Source: Rhizaria sp. SCN 62-66 (taxonomy: Eukaryota). Taken from it: a stretch of 64,000 nucleotides of DNA. Shown here in pieces: positions 44,207 to 56,300 of this stretch. A program made the position numbers and the translations under genes. The stretch covers positions 62,001 through 126,000 of the forward strand of contig MEDY01000044.1 of NCBI GenBank assembly GCA_001724265.1, given 5' to 3'. The notes beneath the pieces were generated by a model. That model had not been told where the DNA came from, did no database searches, and saw only the letters and a program-made list of their open reading frames with translations. The first letter of the stretch is position 1, and each line of letters begins with the position of its first letter.

Positions 44207-47200
44207 TTAAATAATGTTGTCGAGATCTGAGGATGATTTATCTCCTTGCAGTGATTCTGTCGTCGCTGCGGCATTCGCAGGCTGTTGTTGCTGCTGCTGT
44301 TGTTGTTGTTGCTGCTGCGGCTGAGGGCGGAAGGCGGCGACGGCAGACAGTTTCGGTGCTCCACTGTTGCTGTTCTTGTTAACAGGCGCAAGTGCAGGCA
44401 AGTACTGGTCACTCTGTTGACTAAACTGCTGCTGCTGTCGCTGTTGCTGCTGCTGCAGGTGTAGTAGTTGCTGCTGCGGCTGCTGCGAGAAGGCGTTGTT
44501 GCCCGCGGGCACGTGCATGTTGCGCCGCCTGACGACGGACACGGCGGCCAGCCTGCGCGACACTGCGCCGCTGCCGCCGCCGCCGCCGGTCCCGGGCCCG
44601 GAGCCGGAGCCGGAGACGACTGAGCTGCCAAAGGCCGAAAGAGATGACAGGCCGCCGGCGCCGGAGCTGGAGCCGGGGATGCCGAGTCCGACGAGGCCGT
44701 GGCCGTGGGGGGAGCCCGTGGTGGCGTTGACGCTCGCGATGCTCTGGTGGTTGCCTCGGGGAATCGTCATGCTGCCCATATTGTTGTTGCTGTTGTTAAA
44801 GTTCGTAGGACGAGGCGGAGACGGGGCGTTTTGCTGCCGAATCGGTTGTTTGTTGCTGTTGATGTTGCTACTCATCGGTTGTTGCGAAAGATAATCAACG
44901 TCGTACAAATCATCATCGTCGTCGCTATTGCCCGCGTTTTTGGTGTCATTCGGCGCAATAAACTCGTTGATATCGATGCTGCCGAACTCCATCCTATACT
45001 CGTTGTTCCGATAGCTTTCGTCGGCGGCGCTGTCATTCGGCGCCAGTGACGGCACGGCGCCCGCAGTGCCCGCGTTGCTAACAGTCGCGCCTTTAGCAGC
45101 GTTTGAAGCGGTAAAGGCCAGAGCAGCGGGCGCCAAGCGTCCCGCCTGGCCACCGCCGCCGCCTGCGCTATTACCGCTCGCATTGCTCGCGCTGCTGCTG
45201 CTATCACCAAACGCGGGAGCGGGAGCGGGAGCGTGTCGCCGCTGGTGCCCCCGCGGCGGCGGCCCCTTGGCGACGTGGCCGCCCGCCGCCGCCTGCTGGT
45301 TCGACTGGCTGTTGAGGTAGTCGACGCCGAGATACGCGCTGTCGTCGTCATCATCGTCGCTGTCGCCGGCGCCGACGCCGCTCTTGGCGTTAGTGCTCGT
45401 GCGGGTGCGCGAGACGGGCGGGTTCGTGGTGGCAGTTGTCGCGGCAGCAGTTCGCTTACCCCTTGTACTCGCCGCAGCAGGCCTCGAAGCAAAGCCAGAA
45501 GCTGAGACGACAGTCGGTGCCAAGCCCCCCTGACTCTGCACATGCTGCTGCTGTTGCTGTTGAGCTGTGTTGGTTTCGCGGCTGTCGTCGTCGTGGTCAT
45601 CAGTCAGGGATGCAGGAATAAACAGACCGGTGAGTTTGCTCTGCTGCGCAAGGATCTCGCTCGTCCGGTCGCTGCTGGTCCGCGTGTTGAACGAGCCCGG
45701 ATTCATAAAGAACTTCTTCAAGTCGTCCTCTTCGTCGTCGTCGTCAATCTGAACAGAAACGATGCCACCGCGGCCGCTCGCCTGAACAGCGCCACTCTCA
45801 GCAGACCCAGCAGCAGCAGCGACAGCAGCAGCGGCGGCAGCGGCGGCGGCGGCGGCGGTGGCAGCTGCGGCGGCGGCATCCTGCTCGCGTTTGAGCCTGT
45901 CCCAGGTCGCCCGCGCGGCGGCCTGGCTGTGCGCAGCCTGAAACAGCGCGGCGACGTGGCTGCGCGCGGCGCGGATCTCGGCCGCCTTGGCCCGCAGCGC
46001 CGCAGCCTTGGCCAGGTCCTGGCGCGCGGACCGGCGCGAGGCGCGCACGGCCGACTTGTACAGGTTAGAGAGCGCGAAGGCTGCCGGAGAAAGGTGGGCG
46101 TGGCCCAGACAGGCAGACTCGAGGGCCAGGGACTCGACCGACTTTGACAGACTCTCCTGGCTCCCTGTGATCAGAAAACAATATAGAAACAAAACAAGAC
46201 GTGAGCTAAACACTTGAATAATCAAACATATTTCACCTGAAGCAACATATCATTCGGAATATGGCATCAACGGGACGTACTGAGCGTGGCCGCAGTGGTG
46301 ACAAGCTCGCTGCGCGCCTCGCGCAGCGGCCAGTACACGCGCCGGCAGTGCGACACAAACAGAAACAGCGCGAAGGATGGCGGCAGCAGCTGCGTGACGA
46401 CATTCGGCACGCGCCGGTGGCATGTCAGCGGGAAAGCGGGCGTCTTGGCGTTGAGCGAAACTGGCTCTGGCGCAGCCGCGGCGGCGGTGTCTGCGGCGTC
46501 ATTGGCGCTCTCGTTGCGCAGCAACCCGTGCCTCGGCCCCGCAACGAGCGTGGCGGCGCGGGACAGCGCCGCGTAGCTGCCGAGACTGCCGCCGCCGCAA
46601 GAGGCGGCAGTTAGAGCGGACGCGTTGGCTGCGGCGGCCCTCGCCTTGGCTTTGGCCTTGGCCTCGGCCACTGCGGCGGCGACGGCCGCGGGGGCGGCGG
46701 CGACAGTGGTCGTGACTGGGAGTTGGGCCGAGGGGGAGAAAATAACCTGGAAGAAGGGGATCCGTGCAATACAGTACGCAAAAGGGTTGCTTTTGCGGTA
46801 CACAAGCAGCACTTTACTCGGCTCAGGAGCCAGCACATACAAGCCACTGCTCGAGCCAGAGTGAGTCTTGGCGTTGGTTGTGGCAGCGGCGGCGGCGGAC
46901 ACGGCCGCGGCCTTCGTGTTGAGCATTTGCAGCCACTGCGACATGCCCGCCTTCACGGCATCAGTGCTGACGTTTCCACTACCTTCACAAGCGCTCGCAG
47001 TCGCAGTCGCACTCGCGCTAACGGTAGAGCTTGAGTTGGAGCTTGAGCTCGAGTGCAAGGCGGCGTTGGCGGCCGCAGTGACGGCGGCGGCGGTCTGGTG
47101 TGCAAACGACTGCGAGTACGGCGACGGCAGCTGGATGTGAGCCAGATTAGGGTGCGTGAGTGGCAACAGCTCGAAACTGAGCTGCTTTTCGGCGCCGTTG

Positions 47201-47925
47201 TCGTCGCTGTCGCCGATGGTGCTGCCAAAGTTGTTGAAAGCGTCGGCGTCGTCGTCGTCGTCGACAATGACATCAATGTCGTCGTCGTCGCCATCGTCGT
47301 CGTTGTCACCGTTGCGGCCGCCGCTCTTATTCTTGCTCTTGCCCTTGCCTTTGTCGTCAATGCCAGAGCAGGAGCGCGACCGCGAGTCGGGAGCGGGGGT
47401 GCTGAGGTCAATGACACCCCTAGCAGTGGCGCTGCTATTGTCAACATTTGGTGATCCACTTGCCGCTTCACCAGTGGCTTTGTCAGAGGCGGCGGTGCTG
47501 GGGAATAGAGTGCGCCAACGCGGCTCGCTTTGTTTTGTGTCGTGTTTTATAACCAAAGAGCCGGAAGAGAATCGGAACGAAGGTGTGTGAGAGGCAATAT
47601 CAAGTCAAATGAGGCACAAAACAAACGCAATGTGGGGTACTATGGGGTACCTTGTTAAAGCGCGACGAATATCGCGCCGTGTTGCGGCTAGCGAAGCCTC
47701 TGAAGCTTCTTCGTGGTCGATGTGCGCCTGAATCTCGGCGACCTGACCGTTGAAGTGGAGCAGCTGCGTCCCGTCGAACAGCGATGTCGACAGGTGCGTC
47801 AAGTGCTCTTCGCTCGAATCAGCAAAGCGCACCAAAGTCATTTCAGACAAGAAGGCGTACGTGTGGTCAAGCTGGAGCACGCAGCACTCGGTCGAGGCCG
47901 TTGTGGACGCGACGGGAGTGCTCAT
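44207..47925 (-). CDS. Protein with globular N-terminus, coiled coil and long disordered tail; possibly divergent XRCC4-like, about 1,149 aa
   Basis: Exons complement(47651..47925, 46281..47497, 44207..46164), 3450 nt in frame (donors GTACC and GTACG). Gene structure is well supported; the XRCC4 resemblance is by eye only. Stop TAA. Confidence 0.7.
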
Positions 47926-48970
47926 CGCGAAGGCGCGCCGACTGGGCTCGCGTGAGAGAGCAAAGGGGGCGCGGCTTCGATAGGAGGGCAACCAGAAAAT
48001 TCAAAAATAAAAAATGGATAATTTAATATAAAGCAAAAGGAGTCAGTAACAAAAAAGAATCACAAATTAACGAACATTTAGGGCACGGAAACACGTGTCA
48101 AAGGTTTGCTGGAAGGATTTTTGGTCAGTGGTATGATTTTTTCGGTACTGTGCCATACGTCCCAAAAATTTGCATGTGGTGAGTTTAAAAGCACATCTTA
48201 AAGCCAAAAAAAGCGTGCATTGGCAATCATATTTAATTGTTTATTGAGTGTATTAGTATGGCAAAGTGGTTTTCCTAGAGCTTGCACTGTGTTACACTTG
48301 CACTGCACGAACAGCAGAAACGGAATATCCGTTCTGCTGACTCCTCTTGGACGAACAATCGAGCGCCACCCCACCCTCCGCCTGCTTCCAGGGTGCCTCC
48401 TGCGTCCTCAGCACCGTTTCAAGCGACCGGCGCTTTTTCAGTCATGTGTCATTGTGTCTTGTTTCTTGCATTTCAACTGCAGTGCTGGGCAGCTTTCCTG
48501 CAACCCGCGCACGCTGCTCCGCTTTAGTTATCCGGAGGGTAAATTGGGGACGCTCGTCTCCGGTTGTCCCCGCGAGTGTTTACTCTGCTGCATGCCTTCT
48601 CCCAACGATAACTCACTGTATGACTCCCTTTTGTGTATTTTCCTGTGCTTTTTTTTCCTTAGGCGGTCTTTTCGTTTGCTAAACGAATTGTTTCCGCTGG
48701 CTTTCGCCCTACCTTGCCTTCCCCTTTAGTCGACTCTGGACAGATCGCGAATCTCTGCTCCCGTCGTCACTGGGGTCCACAAGCCGTTTCAGCGCTCCAC
48801 CGCACGGCCGCCGCCTCTAGCGCCGTTGCCGCCGCCTCCCCAGTTTTGACTCAACACTGGCAGCGCCCTCGGCAGGCCCTTGCAGGCCCCTGATACCGCG
48901 CGCCCTCTCTCGCGTCCCCCAAAACTCCGCCGCCGCCGCGCCCGTCACCGTCGCCGCCCCCGCTCTCGCA

Positions 48971-49723
48971 ATGAGCAGCGCCACAACGACCGCCGCCACG
49001 GACCCCCCGGGCGGCGTTCCCCCCGGCGCTTTCTGCGATACCGGTCCAACCGCTAATACGAACGTGCACAGTGGCACGGGCAATGACACTGCTGACAGCG
49101 GCTTCGTCTGCGCTCTGACGCGGCCGCTGCCGCGTGGCCTCCCCAGCACGCTCACGATCTGCACCAACTCGGACTCAGACTCTGAGGCAGACGATGCCGC
49201 CGCCGCCCCTGCTGTCGCTGCCGCCGCCTCTGGCTTTGCTCTCACTGCGACAGCTACGCAGAGTACAGTCACAGGCGCAAACGCTGGCCACACAGCAGCA
49301 GGTAAGACAGCACCTGGAGCGACTAACAACAACCCCTTCTCGTCGTTCCACATCACCGCGGCGAGCGGGCTTGCCACGGCCAACGGCAGCTTTGCCTACG
49401 GCCCCCCTCAGAGCCACTCCAACGCGGGCCCTGGCGCTGCTGCTGCTGCTGCTGCTGACAATAGCGGCTACCTCTCGGCCTTTACCTCGGGCGTCTTCCA
49501 CCCCAACGCGAATAACCACGCTCACGCTGCTGGCGCTGCCACGGGCCCTGGCGCTAGCGCTGCTGGTTTCGCCGCCCCCAGCGCCAGCGGCGACGGCAGC
49601 AACGTGTTCGAGTCCGATATCTACCTCTCGAGCGCCTCCGCCGCCACCAACGCCGCCTCTGCTACCGCTGCGGCGCCAGCTAACGTGGCCGTGCCCAGCT
49701 CTGGCAACGGCACTTTCTACTAC

Positions 49724-49760
<37 letters not shown>

Positions 49761-50301
49761 GGCAGCGTAGGCAGCCGATGATCAAGTCTAAGACCCCGAC
49801 TGCGGCGTCCTCGTCGCTCGCGGCCAACAACGGCGGCCGGCAGAGCTACTTCTTCTCGCCGCACAGCAACGACAACAGCAACAGCGGCAACGGCAACGGC
49901 AGCGGCAGCGCGAACAACGGCGCCGCCGCTGCGATCGGAGCCGCTGGCTGGGGCTGGGGCAATGTGACCGACAGCGGCGGCTCTCAAGCGAACACGAATG
50001 CGAACATGGCAGGTGGCGACTTGATGCCTGGAGATAGCTTCGACTTCCAACATTATAACGGCAGTGGCTCCGCAGTCAATCTCCACGCCCATGCTAGTGC
50101 CGACAACGCGAGTAGCGGCTTCAGCCTTGGACTCGGTCACACCGCGGTCAATGCTCCTGCTGCAGCTGCCGCCCATGGCCACGGCCACGGTCACGGTCAG
50201 GGCCAGTTTGACTTGCTTGCTGCGACCGCATCAGTGTTCGGCACCGCTCCTCCTTCCCACGCTCTCACCAGCATCAGCAACGGCAACCAGAGTCAGCAGC
50301 A

Positions 50302-50339
<38 letters not shown>

Positions 50340-53300
50340 GGAGGCGTCCGAACTCGGCCGCCCCTGCCTCAGCTCCTTTTAACAGCAACAGCTCGAGCAA
50401 TCTTAACAACAACTTCCGGTCCCTGGGCCTCGGCGCCTCGGCTACCCACGCCTCGGCTACCCACGGCCAGCAGCCGCCCCCGGGCTACCACTACTACCAC
50501 TCGGCGGCCTCGTCTGTGCTGCCGCCGCTGACGAGCGAGAGCGCCAACTCCAACTCGACGACGACGACGGCCTCGACCGCGGCGGCCGCCGCGGCGGAGC
50601 GCGCGTTTGGCGCGTATCCGAACGTCACGACTGCGGCGAATACGACGATCAACTCGAGTTCGTTTCCCAACACCAACGCTAACACCAGCACGAGCAACAG
50701 CAACAGCAATAATAGCAGCAGCAGTAGCAGCAGCAGTAGCAACAACTCTGGTGCTGTCAACAACACCAACATCAGCAACCCTAGCAGCAGCAACAACTAC
50801 AAGAACTTCGGCGCCGCCGCAGTCGGCTCCCCTCTGCTCGGTGCGCAGCCCAACTCGAGCGCGATCATCGCCGCCAACGCCAACCTGTTACCGGGGTCCG
50901 GCGCGGCGGCCACGGTGCTCGGCGCGCTGGGCGCCGCGGCGGCCGCGTTCGACAGCGTCGGCGACGACGACATCGAGGTCGCCGGAGACACGCTCACGGT
51001 CATGCGGCAGGGGCACTGGCAGTCGCCACAGCAGCAGCAGCTGCAGCAGCAGCGGCCGTCGGTGTCGTCGTCCATTGGCTGTCTGTCCGAGAGTGCTGCC
51101 AACGCTTACAACAGCAACTGCGCCGGCGCCGGCATGCACGCGAAGCTGGGGCTGCTGAACCTCGCTGCCGCCAACAACACGAGCACGACGACGGACAACG
51201 AGCACACGCACGTGCTCAGCAAATCCAACAGCACGGCCAGCAACCAGCGCTCGGGTGTGTTTGCGCCGCCCAACCTGCTTTTGACGAACAACAGCTTCAC
51301 GCACAACACGGGCATTGAACCCGCCACGCCCATGTCGGGCATCTTCTACTCGGCCGCCAACATCCCCAACCAAGGCAACAGTCGCGGCAACGGCAACGGC
51401 GCCAACATGGGCGCTGGCAACAACGTGGGCGACAATATCCTGAGCAACAGCGGCAGCATCAGCGCCCGCGGGCCCTACATGAGCGCGAGCTTCGCCAACC
51501 CCTCGGACACCGCCACGGCGGCCGCAGCCGCCTTGGGTCTGGCTGACGACGCCACCGCTACCGACGGCGGCGTGAGCGGCACGGGCACGCGCGAGACCCG
51601 CGCGCGCAGCTGTTTCGACACGCCGCTGCCGCCGCCCGCGCTGACCGCGCTCGCTCAGGGCCAGAACGCCGACTCCGTCGACAGCGGCGGCTGGAGCATG
51701 CTCATGCAGTCCAACGCTAACTCAAGCTCTGCGGCTGTGGCCGCAGGTGCTGCTGATGCAAGTAGCAGCAGTGCGCGCAACGACTACTACAACCTGGAGG
51801 CTGCGCTCGCGGGCTTCACCGGCGATGTCTCGAGCAACAACAGCGCAGCGCACGGCCGCGCGCTCTACTACAGCAACGACTCCGTGGCCAGCGGCCATGC
51901 CGCCAACGCCTCCTCTGCCGCTGCTGCTGCTGCTGCTACTGCTGCTGGGGCTGAGGTCAGGAGGAGAGACTCCGTTGTACTCGATGAGAGACTATTCACG
52001 CCCACGCCTGCCCCCGTCGTCGCCAACAACGCGGCCAACGCCGGTTTCGACTTTGGCTTCAGCGCCGGCCCCGGTGCTGGCATCGTTCCTGCGGTGTCGC
52101 CGTCGCTGATCCCGCTCCACAACCACGCGCTCAGCCACGGCCATGGAGTCGCCCCAGCTCACGGCCACGGACTCTTGCACTACAACGGCGCCCACGGCGC
52201 TGTCGACGGCAACGCGCTCTTGGCGATGGCGAACTCCAGCAACGCCAACGCCGGCTTTGCCGTGAACAACAGCGCTGGCGCCGGCGTCGGCGTCGGTGGC
52301 CGGCCCGTCCCGCTGCTGCGCCCGTCCTCGGCCTCGGTCGCACTCACCGCGCGCCAGCAGCAGCAACGCGCCGCGGCCGCCGCAGCCGCCGCTGCGGCCG
52401 CCGGCAACACAAGCGCGGCCGGCTGGTATCCTTCCGTCCCCGGCTACCCCGGCAACGCCAACAACAACAGCGGCGGTGTCGGCGGTGCGTCGTCGGCGCG
52501 CGGCGCGGGCGCAATCGTGACTGCGACAAACGCGGCGGGCGGCGCATACCAGCAGGCCTTTTACTTCCCCACCACGGCCGGCAACGCTAACAACGCCAAC
52601 ATCGCCATCGCCGCGAACCTCGGTGCGTTGGACGCCGCGACTGCGAACGCGGCCGCGTTAGGCATGACTGCGGCGGACGCGGCCTTCGTCTCCGCGCTCG
52701 CGGTCGCCACCAACGGTATCAATTTCGGCGCGCTCGGCAGTGCTTCAGCCGCCCCGGTGGGCATCAGCGGCGCTGGCAGCGGGTTCGCGCCCAACGTTGC
52801 GACGCGCGGTGCCAGCGGCGCGCTTAGCAGCACGCCGATGTCGCCGAACCGCGCGCTGTCGGCCGCGTCGCCGCGCTTCGCGCCGCAGACGCCACGGGCG
52901 CGCGCAATGACCGCCACGGCCACTCCGGGACAAAACAATAATAACAATAACGCCATCAACACCAACGCCAATGCGGCCAATGCTGGTGGACCCGCGAAGG
53001 GTGGACCCCTGACGCCCTCGGGCAACAGCGCACGCGGTGGCCACTCACACCAACACCAGCAACAGCAGCAGCAGCAGCACGGCCAGCAGCAGGGGCATGC
53101 GGTGACTGTGACGCAGACGCGCACCGGAGCGCGCAGGCCGCTCACCGCGTCCTCGGTCTCGGCCTCTGCCAGCACGCCCGCGAACGCGAACAGGGACAGT
53201 AATGCTGTCCCTGTGACTGCTGGCAGCAACAATATCGCGAACGCGAACAGTGTCAACAACACCAACGGTCTCCGCGTCACGTGCGGTTCCCCGGCGCCGA

Positions 53301-56300
53301 GCCAGATGAACAACAACACCAACAACAACGCGAACACCACTGTCCACAACCACAGCTTCACGCTGGGCCACAGCCACGATCGCAACCACGGCCACGGCGG
53401 GCTGCTGCCGTCACCGACTTCGTCCACGGGCTCGTCTTTCTTCTCGGCATCCGTGTCGGCCTCCTCCTCGTCCTCTGCCTCGGCCTCCGCCTCTGCTTCT
53501 GCGCCCGGCGGCGCTAACGGGCCCGGCGGCGCGGGGCAGCCGTCTGCGCTGTTCATCGCGGCCACCGCGGCGGCGAGCGCGGCGGCCGCCAAGCCGCTGT
53601 TCCAGTCGCTGTGCGCGAGCCCGCAGGCGGCGCAGACTGTCTGCGCGCTCGTCGCCGCCGCCGTCACGTTCTCCGCAGGCGGCTTCGGCACTCAGCAACA
53701 GCAGCAGCAGCAAGTTAGTGCAACTGCTGCCAACAACACCAACTCAAGTGCAGCTGCTCCTGCTGCTGGCGCTAATGCTGGTGCTGGAAAGCAGAACAGC
53801 TCTACTAGCTCCCACTCGAACAACAACGCGAGCACCGCGGCCTCGAGCGTCGGCGCCGCGTCGGCGACCATCTCTGCGGCCACGGTCGCGACGCACGTCA
53901 CCGCGCTGCTCACGCCCGTACCGCTGCCGCCCTCTGCGCTCGCCCTCGCCACGGGCAACAGCGGCGCTGCGACGGCCAGTGCCACCTCCAACGCGAGCAG
54001 TGACGTAGTTGTCGCTGGAGACGATGACGTCGCTGTGGCTGCGGACGCGGTCGCGCCGGCCGCCATGACCTTCAGCGCCACTGCGACGGAGACTGCGAGC
54101 GTGACCGTGCCTGTAACTGCGACTGCCGCTGTGACGGAGGCCGACACGGTGCTCGACACCACCGCGGTCGCGAGCAATGCCGTGAACATTGGCTCCAGCG
54201 GCATCTCGAGCGTGAACGCGAGCAACACCAACAGCAGGAGAGCGACCTCTCTCGACTACCACAACTCGAGCGCGAGCGCGAATGCCGGCTCCGCCTCGAG
54301 CGCGAACGATAAGACGACTGCCGCGACTGCTGCTTCAAGTGCTGCCGCGAGCGCCCCCGCTGTGCCGACGTCGTCGCTGCTGCCCGGCCTGCTGGCGCTG
54401 ACGCCGACGCTGTGCGAAATGGCGCGCACGCACGGTGGCTCACGCGCGCTGCAGACGATTCTGCACGACTGCGGCGCGCCCGCCGTGGACGCCCTGTTCC
54501 GCGCACTCCTTCCGTCGTTCCCGGACACTGTGGCCAACGTCTTCGGTTCGTTCCTGGTGCAGAAGCTGGCCCCGCGCCTGACGCCGCGGCAGCGCCTGCT
54601 CGCGATCATGACGCTGCACCAGCGGCTCACGGCGCTGGCGTGCGACCCGCAGGCCACGCGCGCCGTCCTGCGGCTCGTCGACACGGCCGCCACAGACTAC
54701 GAGCGCCTCGCCGTCGTGTGTGCGGTGCAGAAGTCGCCGCTGCCCGTCACGCTGCTTGCGCTCGCGGCGTTCGGCAACAGCCAACTCACTGCAATCGACG
54801 TCGTGGCGCTGCTGACGAGCGAGACGTTTCTGTCGCTGTCGCCGCTCGATCAGAGGCTCATTGTGACCATTCTCGCACAGCTGCCCACGATCGCGGCGGC
54901 CGGCACGGCCGCCAACGCCAGCGGTCACAGCAATGCCGTGGCAGCTGCTGACGACGACGATTCGACTCCCACTCTCGCCGCCCCGGCTCTGGCTCCTGCC
55001 GCGAGCAGCAGCAGCAGCAGCACCGGCATCAGCAGCGTCGCGCTGGGCTCCGGCGCGTCGAGCCTGACCGTGGCCACGTTCGTGGCGGCGTCCTCGGCCG
55101 CGTCGTCGCCGCTGGTGCGCGAGGCGCTGGCGCAGATCGTGCCCGCGTGCCGCCGCCCCGACATCGAGGTGTGGATGCAGAAGCTTGAGCTCTCGCTGCG
55201 CAGCGACGCGCTGCCGATCGAGAAGAAGAAGCGCTCGCGGCGCAAGGCGGCCACGCGCGTCAAGGACCCCGTGCTGGGGCTGTGCACCGTGGCGGCCAAC
55301 ATGGTCGTCCACGGCGTCGCCGCTGTGTGCAAGACCAGCACGCCCATCGGCACCGCGCTCTGGAGCCCCAAATCAAACGTCAACAGCAGCGGCGTCGCCA
55401 CTACTGCGTCTGCTCCTGCTGTAGCAAGCGAGAGCACTGCTGCCGCTGCAGCTCCTGGCTCTGCTGCTGCCGCTGCGGGCGCGAGTGCTGTGCTTGCGTC
55501 GTCTCCTGGCCGCGTCCGCTCGCCCTCGTTCACCGGCGCGCGCCCGCCCACGCCGCGCTCGCCGCCGCTGCAGGCCAATGCCCTCTGCGCGAGCCCGCTG
55601 TTGACGGCGCGCACCGTTACTGGGGGCGCGTCGGCCGAGTCGCCGCCGCAGCGCCCGTCCTCGGCCAACCCCAACAACGCCACGGGCGCGACTCCGCGGA
55701 CCGCCGCCGCTGCCGCCGCTGCTGCTGGGGCTGCTTCTCCGGGAGGCTTCGTGCTGCCGCCGCCGCCCGCGGGCGCGCTGTTTGCGGGCGCGTGCTTGGG
55801 CACTGACAGCGTCTACGCGGGCATTATGCTCGCGCCCGCCGCGACGCCGCCGCTCTTGAGCCTGAGCCCTGTCGCCGCCACGTCTGCGACGGCGCTTACG
55901 GTCAGCAGCTCGCCACGGGTTGCTCGCGCGATTATCGCCACCACCGCGGTCACGAGTGCGAGTAATAGCAATAGTGGCAGCAACACTGCCGCTAGTGAAG
56001 TGGCCGATGTCCCCGTTGCTTCTACAGCTGCCGCTGCTACTGCGACGGCGGCGGCAGCAGCGGCTGCAGCTGGCAAGTACCCCTGCTACCCCGAGCACGC
56101 CATCGCGTCCCTCGTCACGGGCCTGATCCCGCCGACGTCTTTCCCCGTCACCGACACACTCATCACCATGGTCCTCGTCTCGGCGCTGTCCTCGCCGCCG
56201 CTCTGCCTGCTCCCGCCCGCGGCGCAGCAGCACTCGCCCAACAGCAGCAGCAACAGCGTCGGCAGCGGCAGCGAGGGTAACGCCTCTGCTGCGGCCGCTA

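Noticed and set aside
48220-48729. 169-aa Cys/Leu/Phe-rich ORF; similarly 61929..62462
   Set aside because: Non-ATG starts, intergenic or intron-like composition, no coding codon bias.
48818-48820. In-frame TAG upstream of the PUF ATG as a fourth recoded codon
   Set aside because: There is no in-frame ATG between it and the upstream TAA, so it is probably 5' UTR and uninformative without transcript data.
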